Positions 16,980-26,925 of a stretch of DNA of 64,000 nucleotides are shown here, in pieces. The position numbers were made by a program, and so were the translations under genes. Position 1 is the first letter of the stretch; each line of letters begins with the position of its first letter. The DNA comes from Opitutia bacterium (GTDB taxonomy: Bacteria; Verrucomicrobiota; Verrucomicrobiia; Opitutales; Opitutaceae), in NCBI GenBank assembly GCA_947478395.1, contig CANJVR010000001.1:640001-704000 (forward strand), read 5' to 3'. The notes below the pieces were generated by a model, which worked only from the letters and a program-made list of their open reading frames with translations, was not told the origin of the DNA and did no database searches.

Positions 16980-19031
16980 CTACCGCGGCCGGGTCGGTCC
17001 CTGTAATTCAAGCGCGCGGGCAAGGTTTTCCTGAACCGCCCGGTCCTCGGGCCGCTCCTTTAGAATTCGGCGATATTGGAGGATGGCGGCCTCGGTGCGG
17101 CCGCTCACGAGGAGCGCATTGGCGAGGTTATTTCGCGCGGCCAGATAACCCGGGGCGAGATCCGTTGCCCGTTCGTAGTGACCGATCGCCGTCGGAAAAT
17201 CTCCGCCGGCCGCCGCCAGATTTCCGAGGAAGTAGAGCAACTCGGGGTAATCGGCCTTAAGTTTCAGCGCCCGCTCAGCCGCGCGGCGCGCCGCCGCTGG
17301 ATCACCTTGTTGCTGCAAGGCGTGCGCGAGCGCATACCACGTTTCAACGCGATTCGGGTCGAGTTCGGCGGCGTTCTTCAACTGCTCGATCGCTGGCGCC
17401 AGCCGCTTCATTTTCAGCCAGGTCGCACCGAGCGCCGCATGAATATCGGCGGCGTCCGGGTCGAGACGAAGCGCAGCTTCATAGTGCACCGCGGCATCTG
17501 CCGATCGGCCAAGACGGTCGAGCAGATAACCCAGATTGACCTCGGCATCGGCGCGCTTGGGATTGAACCGAATGGCTGCTTCGTAAGCCACTACAGCCTC
17601 GTCGGCCGCAGCGGTTTTTTCGAGCAACTGCCCCAGGTTGTAGTAAGCGGACGCGTAACGCGGATCGAGACGCAGCGCGGTCGCGAAATGGGTGCGCGCT
17701 TCCTCATTGCGCCCTGCGGTGAAAAGATAGGCGCCGAGATTGTTATGCGCCCGGGCGCTTGCCGGATTTTTGCGGATCACGTCCTCCCACAACCCCTGCG
17801 GCGAACGATAGTCGAAATTGCGCACCGCCGTGGTGATGCCCAACGCGAGCGCGACGCCCAGCGCCCCAACGCGGACCGTTGCAGCGGACATCGAGAATAA
17901 CCCCAGTGCGCCGAGCGCGATTACCGCGGCGAGCGGAAGGTACATGCGATGCTCGACCATCGCATCAGCGACGGGCACCACGCTGGACGTCGGAGCCAGT
18001 ATCACAAAAAACCACGCGCCCAGAAATCCCAGCATCGGCCGACGAACAAGCAGATAGATGGTCGCAGCCAAAAGCCCGAGCAGGACAAAGGCTTGGGGCC
18101 AGACTTCATTCAGACCCGTGGCGAGCCGGAGATTGTGATCGAAGATCAACGGGTGCGGCCACACCGCGAGTTTCAGGTAAGCGAGGATGACCTGACACTG
18201 GGTCAGCGCGTAATTCCAGGCACTCATACCGGTTTCAAATCCCGCCGTGCCTCCGCGTCCGCCCGAAGCTTTCATCAAACCGAGCAGCAAAAGCCACGTG
18301 CTCATCAACGCTCCATAAAACCAACGCCGGCGCTGCCACACCTCGCGCCAGGTCGCAGCGACAAACGTCCGATCGTAGAGCATCACCACGAGAGGCGCGG
18401 TCACCATCACCTCCTTGCAACCCATTCCAGTCAGACAGGCAACGAAGGCCGTGCCCTGCCATCGCCCCGGGTGGGCCGCGTCGATCGACCGGACAAAAAA
18501 ATACAGCGTAAGCAGGTAGCAAAGCCCCATCAGTGACTCGACCCGCTGCACGAGATAGGTCACGGACTCCGTTTGGAGTGGATGAAGGCTCCACCAGCCC
18601 GCAATCACGAGGGCCAGCACCACCGCCCGATCGCCCCAGCGCGCGAGCAACACGGGCCGCAGCAGCGTGCGGCGCACGAGGCCGAACAACGTTAAACCTG
18701 CGAGCAGGTGGATCAGGAGATTGACCGCGTGATAACTCCAAAGCGCGGAGCCACTGATCGCATAATTCAGAGCGAGGGTCAGGTTGGGAACGGGCCGGCC
18801 CGAGAGCGTTCCGCCTTGGGGACCGATGGCGACGAGGAATAAATCCCAACGCGTGAGATCGCGGATTGTGGGGTTGTTCGCGATGCCGGGAATGTCATCG
18901 AAAACGAGCGCGCCATTAAAACTGGTGGCGTACGCCAAAACGGTGACGGCGATCAGCAGCCGTGCGGACCACTTTACAGAACCCTGCGCGCCTAACGAAT
19001 AATTCCAAAACGGTAGGGGTCGTGGCACCAT
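16980..19031 (-). CDS. TMTC-like GT-C transferase with C-terminal TPR array (paralog)
   Basis: LVFDD, GRPVPNLTLALNY, YHAVNLLIH, LHPLQTESVTYLVQRVE, GCKE, EHRMYL and TPRs; clearly paralogous to 14345-16558. Confidence 0.85.
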   Translation of the reverse strand: MVPRPLPFWNYSLGAQGSVKWSARLLIAVTVLAYATSFNGALVFDDIPGIANNPTIRDLTRWDLFLVAIGPQGGTLSGRPVPNLTLALNYAISGSALWSYHAVNLLIHLLAGLTLFGLVRRTLLRPVLLARWGDRAVVLALVIAGWWSLHPLQTESVTYLVQRVESLMGLCYLLTLYFFVRSIDAAHPGRWQGTAFVACLTGMGCKEVMVTAPLVVMLYDRTFVAATWREVWQRRRWFYGALMSTWLLLLGLMKASGGRGGTAGFETGMSAWNYALTQCQVILAYLKLAVWPHPLIFDHNLRLATGLNEVWPQAFVLLGLLAATIYLLVRRPMLGFLGAWFFVILAPTSSVVPVADAMVEHRMYLPLAAVIALGALGLFSMSAATVRVGALGVALALGITTAVRNFDYRSPQGLWEDVIRKNPASARAHNNLGAYLFTAGRNEEARTHFATALRLDPRYASAYYNLGQLLEKTAAADEAVVAYEAAIRFNPKRADAEVNLGYLLDRLGRSADAAVHYEAALRLDPDAADIHAALGATWLKMKRLAPAIEQLKNAAELDPNRVETWYALAHALQQQGDPAAARRAAERALKLKADYPELLYFLGNLAAAGGDFPTAIGHYERATDLAPGYLAARNNLANALLVSGRTEAAILQYRRILKERPEDRAVQENLARALELQGPTRPR

Positions 19032-19093
19032 CGCGTTTGAGCGATAAATTAATTCTAACGGGTCTCAAACTCGAATTCCGCCGCAGGAGGGCC

Positions 19094-19129
19094 AAAAAAA
19101 TGCACTCCCGCCAAAGGCAGGAGTGCATT
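19094..19129 (-). terminator. Intrinsic terminator after TonB-dependent receptor 1
   Basis: A7 then TGCACTCCCGCC-AAA-GGCAGGAGTGCA on the + strand, giving a hairpin plus U-tract on the minus strand. Confidence 0.8.
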
Positions 19130-19173
19130 GAAAGGAAACAGCGGTTTAAGCGCTGCGCAGAGCTCGACGTAAC

Positions 19174-22100
19174 TTACAGGTCGAAGGTCGTCGTGACGAA
19201 CCAGACCCGCGGATCTTTGATGCGATATTGAGCGGGCGAGCCATCGGCATTGAAGAGAATCGCCTGGAGGCCACCCTTTTCCATGACGTCGCGCACATTG
19301 AACTGAACTTTCATCCGAGTCTTATCGTTGAAGATCTTCCTCTGATACGAGAGGGTGAGATCGATGTGCGTCTCGGCCGGGAGGTAGATCGGACGGCCCA
19401 GATCAGGATAAACGATCGAAGCGTCTACCGCGGTCGGATGGGCATAGCGGGCGGGATTCGTTTCGCCGAAATAACCGGCGACGGCTTTATCCTGCCAGCG
19501 CACGCTGCCACCGACGCCGAAGCCCTTGAGGGGACCATTCGTGAAGTTGTAGTTCGTCAGGAAATTTGCGCTCCATTCGCGCAGATTCGCCTGCTTGGCG
19601 CCTTCTTGAGAGGTCAGCTGATAGAGACCTGGTTCGACGATGCTGTTGTAGGTCGCGTGAGCGGAACCCGTCTGGCCGGTCGTGTTAGAACCCGCATCAC
19701 CACTAAAACCATAGCCTTCCCAGTAGTTGCCGAGGTACATCTTGTTGCCGTTGCTCAGCGTGTAGATCGTTTGGAGATCTGGCGCGGCCATCTTTTCCCA
19801 CATCGGCTTGCGATAAGCGATCCAGCTGGTGAGTTCGCGCAGTGCTTTTTGGTACGTCGCGAACTGCTGACCCACCGTCACCTTCATCGTCCAACTGCGG
19901 GTCGGATTATAGGTGAGCTGCAATTCTTTACCCTTCGAGATGTTCGTCGCCGTGCCCTGCGGCCCGCCGAAGACCGGCCAGCGCTCGTCCAAGTTGAAGG
20001 GCAATCCCCACAACGTTTGGATTTGATTGGCCATCGCCTGCGTGAGCGGATGGGTCGTGTTATTATCGAAATCGGTCGCGGCCGGATCTTCACCGTTGCG
20101 AATGCGGACAACCTTACGCGCCCAGTCCAAACCGGAACTGTTATCGATACGCACCGTGCGGCCTGTGACCGTGCTCGCGATCGCCTGGGGCGAATTCTCA
20201 TCCGTGCTTTCGAACCAGTTCAGACGAGCAACAAGCTTGTTGTTAAACAAACTGATGCCGACGCCGTAGTCCTTGCCGTGACCTTGCGGTTTGCCGAGGG
20301 GCGTACCGAAGAAGTCGTATTGGATCGAAGGGGGCGCATTGAAGTTGTTGGACGTGTTATAGTGGAAATCGAGGCCGCGGATGATACTCGCGACCGTGCT
20401 GCCCTTATCCACTGCGCGATCGATTGGCGCCCAGTTGACGAAAGGACGTACCACAGCGCCTTGGGTCTTGGTGCTACCCTCAACATAGAAGGGGGTACCC
20501 AGGATTTCGGCATAAGCGTCGGTACCGAAACCTTGCGGGTAGAGAACGCCCGTTGCTGGCTGCGGACCCTTCTGGCGAATTTTGATCTTATCGTTGCGCC
20601 AACCGAACGTCGGGAGCAAACGATCCTGCCAGAGATAGCCCTGCCACGAGAAGCTGCGGGAATCGAGTTGCTTCCAAGTAATGCCGTTCGCGTTGCCCGC
20701 GTAGAAGGCATTGTTGTGGAAACTCATCTCCGAGTTGCTGTAGGACGAGGTATTCCAGTTATAGAAGCGCATCGGAGCGTGATCCACTCCGCCGAATCCA
20801 GGCGCACCGGGAGCAGCAATACCCTGCGTAACGGTGCCGTTCGAGCCCTTGCCGAGATAGTAGTAACGAGCGAGCGTCGCACTGCCAGACCAGTTGAATG
20901 CTGCTCCAGTTGTGGCTGCCGCCGGCAGGAAGCGCGGGTCGCCGCCGTCCAAGGACAGGCGATAGCGCAGGTTATCCAATTTATCAGTCTGGCGGCTACC
21001 CAAACCAGAGAACCGATGGCGGCCCAAGAAGCGGGTCCAGCCTTCGTTTTTCTTGAAGTTGAGTTCATACGCCACGACCGCGCGCAGATTATTATTGATT
21101 TCAGGACGGGAGAAATCGTCGGCCTGCCAATCCTGGACGTACGGCGAACCGAAATACGGATTCGGCGAGCCGTCCAAGAGCTTGGAGTTGGTATCGACGA
21201 ACAGACGAAGATTATCGTTAACCTGTCCTAGGCCGTAATGATTGCGCTCCTGCATTTCCTGGCGGAACCAGCCGAAATCGACGTTCAGGTTGGGCAAGAT
21301 TTCCTGTTGGAATTGGATATTGAACGTCTTGGCGTCCTGCGAACCGTAGTTCGCGCCTTGGATATTATATTTGGTCCAGTCGTAGATGGACTTGTCGGTC
21401 ACGCCGACTTCGTACCAGGTGCCGTATTGCGTCGCGCCCGTGCTAGCTGGGGGCCGCGGCGTCTGCAGCAATGCTGAGGTCGTGTAACGCGCCGAAGCAG
21501 CCAGCCACTGAGCGGCGGTGCGGTTAGCGGCGAGGGGAGCTGCATAGGTATTTAATGGGGCGGTGGTTGCGCCAGCGCCGGACAATGCGCTATCAACCCA
21601 GAAATCGACGAGTGCGCCTTGGTCGTAGCGGATGCGCTGGCGGCCAGGGATCGTGATACCGGGAATATAGAAGGCCGACGTCGTGCCACTGATTGCACCA
21701 TCACCAACCGGGGAAACTGCGGTCGACACAAACCGTGGATCGCGGCTGTCAACCAAGTAGGGCCCACGCGTCTGGCCAGCCTGCGCGCCGGATGTAAACG
21801 TGACCGTTTGGGTCGTGGGATCCCAGGCCGGACGCCCGGCGTTGACCCAAGGTGTAACGATGTCGGTCGGCTCACCGAAATTGGGACGATTGTTATCGTT
21901 GTGGTAGCGTTCGAAGGAGGCCGTGATCTTCGTCTTGCCGTTGGCGAATGGCTTGTAGGTCAGAGCCGCCGTCGCGCGTTTGTAGATATCGGACGACGGT
22001 TTCCGTTGGAAACCGCGGTGATCGTCGAGGACTGCGGCGTACAAAGCGACCCTGGTGCCGAGCGGAACATTCACCCCGAGGCTGGCGCGCCAAGCGCCAA

Positions 22101-22863
22101 AACTGCCGAAGCGGGCCGAGACCGTCGTGTGATTTTGGTTCAACACTGCCTCGCTGGTCGATTGATTGACGATACCCGAGGCGCCACCGGCGCCGAAGAG
22201 CATCGAGTTCGGACCGCGGCTGATTTCAACCGAGTTCGTGTTGTAGGTATCGAAAGCCAGACGCGAAATCGTGGGATAATTATTCTGCGCTGTATCGGCC
22301 GCGCCCAAGCCGCGTACGCGATTCGCCGTCGCGATGCCAAAAGGAATGCCATCGTCGTTGCTGTAGCCGCCGATACCATCGCGCGCCGCGCCACGATTCA
22401 CGAGACTCGGCGTATAAGTGGCGGCGCCTTCCGTGTTCGATTCGAACAGGAAGATGTCGTTGATATCGAGCGCGCCCGTATCTTCGATCTGCTGTTTCGT
22501 AACGACCGTGATCGAGGCGGCGAGATCGCCGACGTTCGTGTTCAGGCGGCTGCCGAAAAGGGTATTCTGGGCGTAGTAACCAGAATCCTTCTCCGAAGAG
22601 ACGGTGAACGGAGAAAGTTCAACGACGCCAGAATTGGCATCTGCCCCAGTTGCCGTCGCACTCGCAGCTTTCGCTTGGTCCGCCTGCATGGCGGCAACTT
22701 CGTCAGCGTCGAGCTTGCCGTTTTTGTTTTTGTCGTACTGCGCGAGATTCTTCGCGGTGTCAGCGGCGGGCGCGCTCTGCGCCCACAGCGTGGCCGATGC
22801 CGTCAGAAGGCACAGCGGCAGTAATGCACGCCGTGTTTTCCGTGATAGGGGAGTCGATTTCAT
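19174..22863 (-). CDS. TonB-dependent receptor with N-terminal EF-hand-like loop
   Basis: Signal peptide, VVELSPFTV TonB-box-like segment, plug motif VEISRGPNSMLFG, C-terminal TTTFDL. Confidence 0.9.
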   Translation of the reverse strand: MKSTPLSRKTRRALLPLCLLTASATLWAQSAPAADTAKNLAQYDKNKNGKLDADEVAAMQADQAKAASATATGADANSGVVELSPFTVSSEKDSGYYAQNTLFGSRLNTNVGDLAASITVVTKQQIEDTGALDINDIFLFESNTEGAATYTPSLVNRGAARDGIGGYSNDDGIPFGIATANRVRGLGAADTAQNNYPTISRLAFDTYNTNSVEISRGPNSMLFGAGGASGIVNQSTSEAVLNQNHTTVSARFGSFGAWRASLGVNVPLGTRVALYAAVLDDHRGFQRKPSSDIYKRATAALTYKPFANGKTKITASFERYHNDNNRPNFGEPTDIVTPWVNAGRPAWDPTTQTVTFTSGAQAGQTRGPYLVDSRDPRFVSTAVSPVGDGAISGTTSAFYIPGITIPGRQRIRYDQGALVDFWVDSALSGAGATTAPLNTYAAPLAANRTAAQWLAASARYTTSALLQTPRPPASTGATQYGTWYEVGVTDKSIYDWTKYNIQGANYGSQDAKTFNIQFQQEILPNLNVDFGWFRQEMQERNHYGLGQVNDNLRLFVDTNSKLLDGSPNPYFGSPYVQDWQADDFSRPEINNNLRAVVAYELNFKKNEGWTRFLGRHRFSGLGSRQTDKLDNLRYRLSLDGGDPRFLPAAATTGAAFNWSGSATLARYYYLGKGSNGTVTQGIAAPGAPGFGGVDHAPMRFYNWNTSSYSNSEMSFHNNAFYAGNANGITWKQLDSRSFSWQGYLWQDRLLPTFGWRNDKIKIRQKGPQPATGVLYPQGFGTDAYAEILGTPFYVEGSTKTQGAVVRPFVNWAPIDRAVDKGSTVASIIRGLDFHYNTSNNFNAPPSIQYDFFGTPLGKPQGHGKDYGVGISLFNNKLVARLNWFESTDENSPQAIASTVTGRTVRIDNSSGLDWARKVVRIRNGEDPAATDFDNNTTHPLTQAMANQIQTLWGLPFNLDERWPVFGGPQGTATNISKGKELQLTYNPTRSWTMKVTVGQQFATYQKALRELTSWIAYRKPMWEKMAAPDLQTIYTLSNGNKMYLGNYWEGYGFSGDAGSNTTGQTGSAHATYNSIVEPGLYQLTSQEGAKQANLREWSANFLTNYNFTNGPLKGFGVGGSVRWQDKAVAGYFGETNPARYAHPTAVDASIVYPDLGRPIYLPAETHIDLTLSYQRKIFNDKTRMKVQFNVRDVMEKGGLQAILFNADGSPAQYRIKDPRVWFVTTTFDL

Positions 22864-23004
22864 AGTTCAGATCGGGGGTGTGGTGTTAGGGAAGATGAGA
22901 GGCCATCGCTGCCAAAGCAGCAGCAACGACTGTTTCCAAATGGCGGGGAAATTTACAAGAATGGGATAACTAACCTCCCAAAACCAAACGGAATAAAAGG
23001 CTGG

Positions 23005-23015
23005 GCAACCGTTGC
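23005..23015. promoter_or_regulatory. Possible LacI-family-type operator palindrome
   Basis: GCAAC-C-GTTGC about 140 nt upstream of the TBDR1 start. Confidence 0.3.
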
Positions 23016-23121
23016 AGGATCGGACGGTCCGAAAGGTGGTCGCAGCAGTATTCGGGAGCGGTCTTTAGCCACGTCGACGTCATGATCGGAAAGTGGCCCT
23101 CCGGTTTAGAACCTCAGCCTT

Positions 23122-23255
23122 CAGCGTTGAACCAAAACGTTGTCGGCTAATGACGTAGCGGCAGGCGTCCCTTCCTGCCGAAATGATGCGCCGAACCCGG
23201 CCGGCACCGACGCATCCCTCGGTCCAAGATGGGGATCGAACAATCTCAACTGCCC
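23122..23255 (+). mobile_element. MITE-like family 1, copy D (degenerate)
   Basis: GTTGAACCAAAACGTTGTCGGCTAATGACGTAGCGGCAGGCGTCCCTTCCTGCCGAAA...CCGAACCCGGCCGGC matches copy A; right half decayed. Confidence 0.7.
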
Positions 23256-23275
23256 TTGCGGGTCGAAATAGGCCA

Positions 23276-23308
23276 AAAAAAGGCCCTCCGCTTTTGACGG
23301 AGGGCCTT
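23276..23308 (-). terminator. Intrinsic terminator after TonB-dependent receptor 2
   Basis: A-run followed by GGCCCTCCG-loop-CGGAGGGCC, about 20 nt downstream of the stop. Confidence 0.85.
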
Positions 23309-23327
23309 GGAAGACGATCGGGGACGA

Positions 23328-26300
23328 TTACAAATCGAACGTCGCCGTGAAGATGAACTGGCGCGGATCGACGATACGGAAGCGCCAAGGCGTTCCGTCA
23401 GGATTAACCGCCGTGGGCTGAAGACGACCGCTCTCGTTTACGTTGTTCACGTTAACTTGGAAACGGGTTCCGATGCGATTGTTGAACAGCTTGGTGCGGT
23501 ACGTGGCCAAGATGTTGGCATTGCCCGTCGCTTTGTCGTAAATGGGCTTGGTTCTGTCCAGCGTGCGAACAACGCCGTCGGAATCAGCCGGACCCGCGAG
23601 ATAGCCGATCGCGCCTCGGCTGGCCCAGCGATAAGAACCACCGACGGAAACATTCTTAAGCCAATTGTTGTTTACCAAGCCACCCAGCCCGGCCAGCTGG
23701 AAGTTCGTAATGAAGTTCGCCGAGTATTCACGGGTCTGGGGCTTTTTCTTGCCCTGGGTCGTGATCGCCAGATTGAGCGGCGTCTGGATGTTGGCCGTGT
23801 AATAATCAACCGGGCGGCCGTTCGAGCCCTGGGTCGTGGTCCACCATAACGTTCCGTCGGGGGAACGGACCGTCGTCCAAAGCGGCAGGCGGAGATCAAT
23901 ATACTTCTGAATGAACAGCGAGATATTCGTATCGATCGCCTCCTGCTTGTTGCCCGTCACCTTGAGGGTCCAATACCGGGTGGGGTTAAGGTTGATTTCC
24001 AACTCATAACCCCGGGAAATCGCGTCGCTCGCGTCCCCGAACGTTTTGCCCCCGGCATTATTGATAAAGTCGAATGAATAGCCAATCTGCTTGGCGGCTG
24101 CGGTCTGCGCCTGTTCGAGCGTCAGGTTTGGATTGAGCTGCTGCTGCCAGCCAGTCGCTGCATCGTAGAGATTGAACGTCAGGTTCTGGCCGCCGGGATG
24201 GAAATCCATGCCGAGGACGCGCGTTGCGATCGTGCCGGTGCCGGCGCGGGTGTGGAATTGCGTCGTCTGATGATGGGTCAGCCGCATCGAAAACTTATTC
24301 GTGTAGTTGACCGTGATTCCGTACTCTTCGGCCACCGATGTCGGATTGGGCAATTGGTCGAGGAAGAGGTTATAGGCAACGTCCGCGGGCCGGAAGGTAT
24401 TGGAGCGGCTGAAGTTGAAGTTCGTGCCACGGATCAATTCCGCGATAAAACTGCCGGCGCCCGAACGCTCGTTGGCGATGCGATCGATGAAGGGGATAGC
24501 GCGGAACGGTTTTACGACGAGCCCCTTTGTCCGGGTTGTACCCTGAAGGTACTTCTTATTCTGGCCGAAACGGTCGAGCTCACTCGTGTCGTAGAAACCG
24601 TTGTACAGCGCGATAGGGAGATTGTCCTGGGTATTCGTGCGATCAACGCGGAGACCGAGCGTCGTAACAAAACGTCCATCCAACCAGAAATCCTGCGCGC
24701 TGGCGCCCAGCGTGCGAATCACGCGCTTTTGTTTATTTTGGGAGAAATAGATTTCCTGGATCGTCGCGTCCTCGCCCGTGACCCATTTGTTGGCCGTAGT
24801 GCTGAAATAAGATCCGGCACCTTTCACAAAACCGTTGGGATTGGTGGGACCAGGATTGCCGTATTCCACGCCGCCAGCCGGCGTTTTGCCGTAATAATAG
24901 AGCGGATAGAAGAGCGCGCTATTGACCGCGGTGAAATTCGAAGTCGGAAGCGGACTCGTGATGGCAGATCCGATGAAATTGGGGTTGTCCACGACCGAAT
25001 CATGGAAGCGGAGTCCGCTCGGCGCCGAGAATTTCGTGCTCGTTTCGCCATAGCCAGCCCAGCGGTGCGTGCCGAGCCATTTCTTCCATCCGGACTCCCG
25101 GACAAAATCAATTTGGAGCGCCGTTTGGGCCCGGTAGCTGTCCGAGAACAACGGATATTTGAAGACCTGCGGGGCTAGGCCGCCGATGAATGGGCGCAGG
25201 AAGAACGGATTGATCCGTTGGTCAACGAGGCGGAGATTCGTGTCCACCTCCAACACGGCCGGAACACCATCCTGCTGGGCGATGAATTGGCGGCGCGAAT
25301 CTTCCTGCTCTTCCCGGCGCCAAGCCGCGTTAAAGTCGAGGCGGGCATTTTTGACCTGGAAAATTTCCTGCTCGAGGCTGACGTTGAAGATCTTCGCCGA
25401 CATGATCTGACGATTGGGCGCACTGATGTTGACGCTGGTGTAATCGTAGATCGCTCGATCCGTGGTACCGGGGAGCGTGTAGAGAGGGCCAGCGGCGCTG
25501 ACGCCCGCACTTTGGGTGAATTGGTCCACCGCGGAAGGCGTATTGTTCGGCTGGCCACCCCGCATGAAAAAGTGGATTTGGCCGTCGTCGATGTACTGGA
25601 CATCACGGGCGTTGGAACTGCCCAGCAGGGAAATACCCGCGGGGACGTTGTTCGTCATCGTGGTGATGGCGGGCTGCAGCACGCCGTTGATGGTGAATCT
25701 CTGTGAGAGATTATCGTAGGTCGGGCTGCCGTTGGCCTTCCAGTTCGTAATCGTGTCGCGCGGCGTCACGGCGTTGGCGCGCTGCGCAAACTCGTGAAAC
25801 ATCTCGAAGGAACCGTTGATGCGGGTCGTCCGGAAAGGATTGAACGCGAGGGCGAACTGCTGACGGTTGGTGCGGTCGACCGAAGGCTTCCGTTGGTAGC
25901 CGACTTCGTTGTACACCGCGGAGAAGCGGAACCCGAGTTTGTTGCGAATGATCGGGCGATTCAGATCGATGCTGAAACGAAAGCCGCCGACGCTATCAAC
26001 CCGGGATGAAACGCTGGTGATCGCACGGCTGAGATTGCCGCGGCTTTGGTTGAGATTCACCGTGCCGCCAGCATCACTCAAGCCAGCGGTCGTTGAGTTG
26101 GGGCCACGGGCGATTTCAACGCTATCAAGATTGTACGGATCGATTGGGATGCTGCTGCTGGCCTCGAAGCCGCCAACGAGGATGCCAGCCTGCGCCAGAC
26201 CGCGGATACGATTAGCGCCGGTAGGATTGCCGGAAACGTTATCGTAGTTGCCACGGCCGTCATTGGTCGGATCCGTGAATTGCGCCGTACCCTCGGTGCC

Positions 26301-26744
26301 GACTTCGAATTGAAAAATGTCGTTGATATCGAGCGCCGCCGTATCGAGCAACTGCTCCTTGGTGACGACGGTCATCGAACTCGCGATATCCTCGAGCTTA
26401 GAGTTCAGACGAGTGCCGGACAGCGTGCTGGATGCCGCATAACCTTTGTCGTCTGCCCCGCTGACCTCGAAAGGGGAAAGCACCGTGACGTCTTTCGCCG
26501 TTTCCGCAGCGGAGGGCGCGGCGGTCTTCTCGATCGCCGCCGCTTCCTCTTTCGTAAGAGGCTTGGCCGGGTCCTTCTTCACAGCGGCGGGGGTGGCCGC
26601 AGCCGGGGACGTCTGGCCCGGTACTGCGGGCGTTGGCGTCGGGGCAACAGCATCAGCGCCACGCAGCGAAACAAAGGCCAAACATGCGGGCAACAGCGTC
26701 GCACGGGGCAAATAGCCAAGACGGGAGATCCAATTTGGTTTCAT
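23328..26744 (-). CDS. TonB-dependent receptor
   Basis: ATG 26744 (MKPNWISR...), TVLSPFEV, VEIARGPNS, C-terminal TATFDL; paralog of 19174-22863. Confidence 0.9.
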   Translation of the reverse strand: MKPNWISRLGYLPRATLLPACLAFVSLRGADAVAPTPTPAVPGQTSPAAATPAAVKKDPAKPLTKEEAAAIEKTAAPSAAETAKDVTVLSPFEVSGADDKGYAASSTLSGTRLNSKLEDIASSMTVVTKEQLLDTAALDINDIFQFEVGTEGTAQFTDPTNDGRGNYDNVSGNPTGANRIRGLAQAGILVGGFEASSSIPIDPYNLDSVEIARGPNSTTAGLSDAGGTVNLNQSRGNLSRAITSVSSRVDSVGGFRFSIDLNRPIIRNKLGFRFSAVYNEVGYQRKPSVDRTNRQQFALAFNPFRTTRINGSFEMFHEFAQRANAVTPRDTITNWKANGSPTYDNLSQRFTINGVLQPAITTMTNNVPAGISLLGSSNARDVQYIDDGQIHFFMRGGQPNNTPSAVDQFTQSAGVSAAGPLYTLPGTTDRAIYDYTSVNISAPNRQIMSAKIFNVSLEQEIFQVKNARLDFNAAWRREEQEDSRRQFIAQQDGVPAVLEVDTNLRLVDQRINPFFLRPFIGGLAPQVFKYPLFSDSYRAQTALQIDFVRESGWKKWLGTHRWAGYGETSTKFSAPSGLRFHDSVVDNPNFIGSAITSPLPTSNFTAVNSALFYPLYYYGKTPAGGVEYGNPGPTNPNGFVKGAGSYFSTTANKWVTGEDATIQEIYFSQNKQKRVIRTLGASAQDFWLDGRFVTTLGLRVDRTNTQDNLPIALYNGFYDTSELDRFGQNKKYLQGTTRTKGLVVKPFRAIPFIDRIANERSGAGSFIAELIRGTNFNFSRSNTFRPADVAYNLFLDQLPNPTSVAEEYGITVNYTNKFSMRLTHHQTTQFHTRAGTGTIATRVLGMDFHPGGQNLTFNLYDAATGWQQQLNPNLTLEQAQTAAAKQIGYSFDFINNAGGKTFGDASDAISRGYELEINLNPTRYWTLKVTGNKQEAIDTNISLFIQKYIDLRLPLWTTVRSPDGTLWWTTTQGSNGRPVDYYTANIQTPLNLAITTQGKKKPQTREYSANFITNFQLAGLGGLVNNNWLKNVSVGGSYRWASRGAIGYLAGPADSDGVVRTLDRTKPIYDKATGNANILATYRTKLFNNRIGTRFQVNVNNVNESGRLQPTAVNPDGTPWRFRIVDPRQFIFTATFDL

Positions 26745-26925
26745 GAAAATAAAGGCAGCGAACAGCTTGGGTGGTGAATCAGACGGTTGGTGGTACGAAT
26801 GGATCCGCGCGTGGTCAGCGGCGAACCCGATGGGGCAAGGTAAATACGAACTCAAAGAACTACTTTTAATCGCAGGTCCGGAGAAACTCCGCGTCTACGG
26901 ACAGTCTTACTGGTCAATAGCCGTG

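Noticed and set aside
19228..22824. Long + strand ORFs (667 aa, 401 aa) and similar ones opposite secA, lnt, TMTC, sucC and prfB
   Set aside because: Antisense shadows of well-supported genes, expected in high-GC DNA; no motifs of their own
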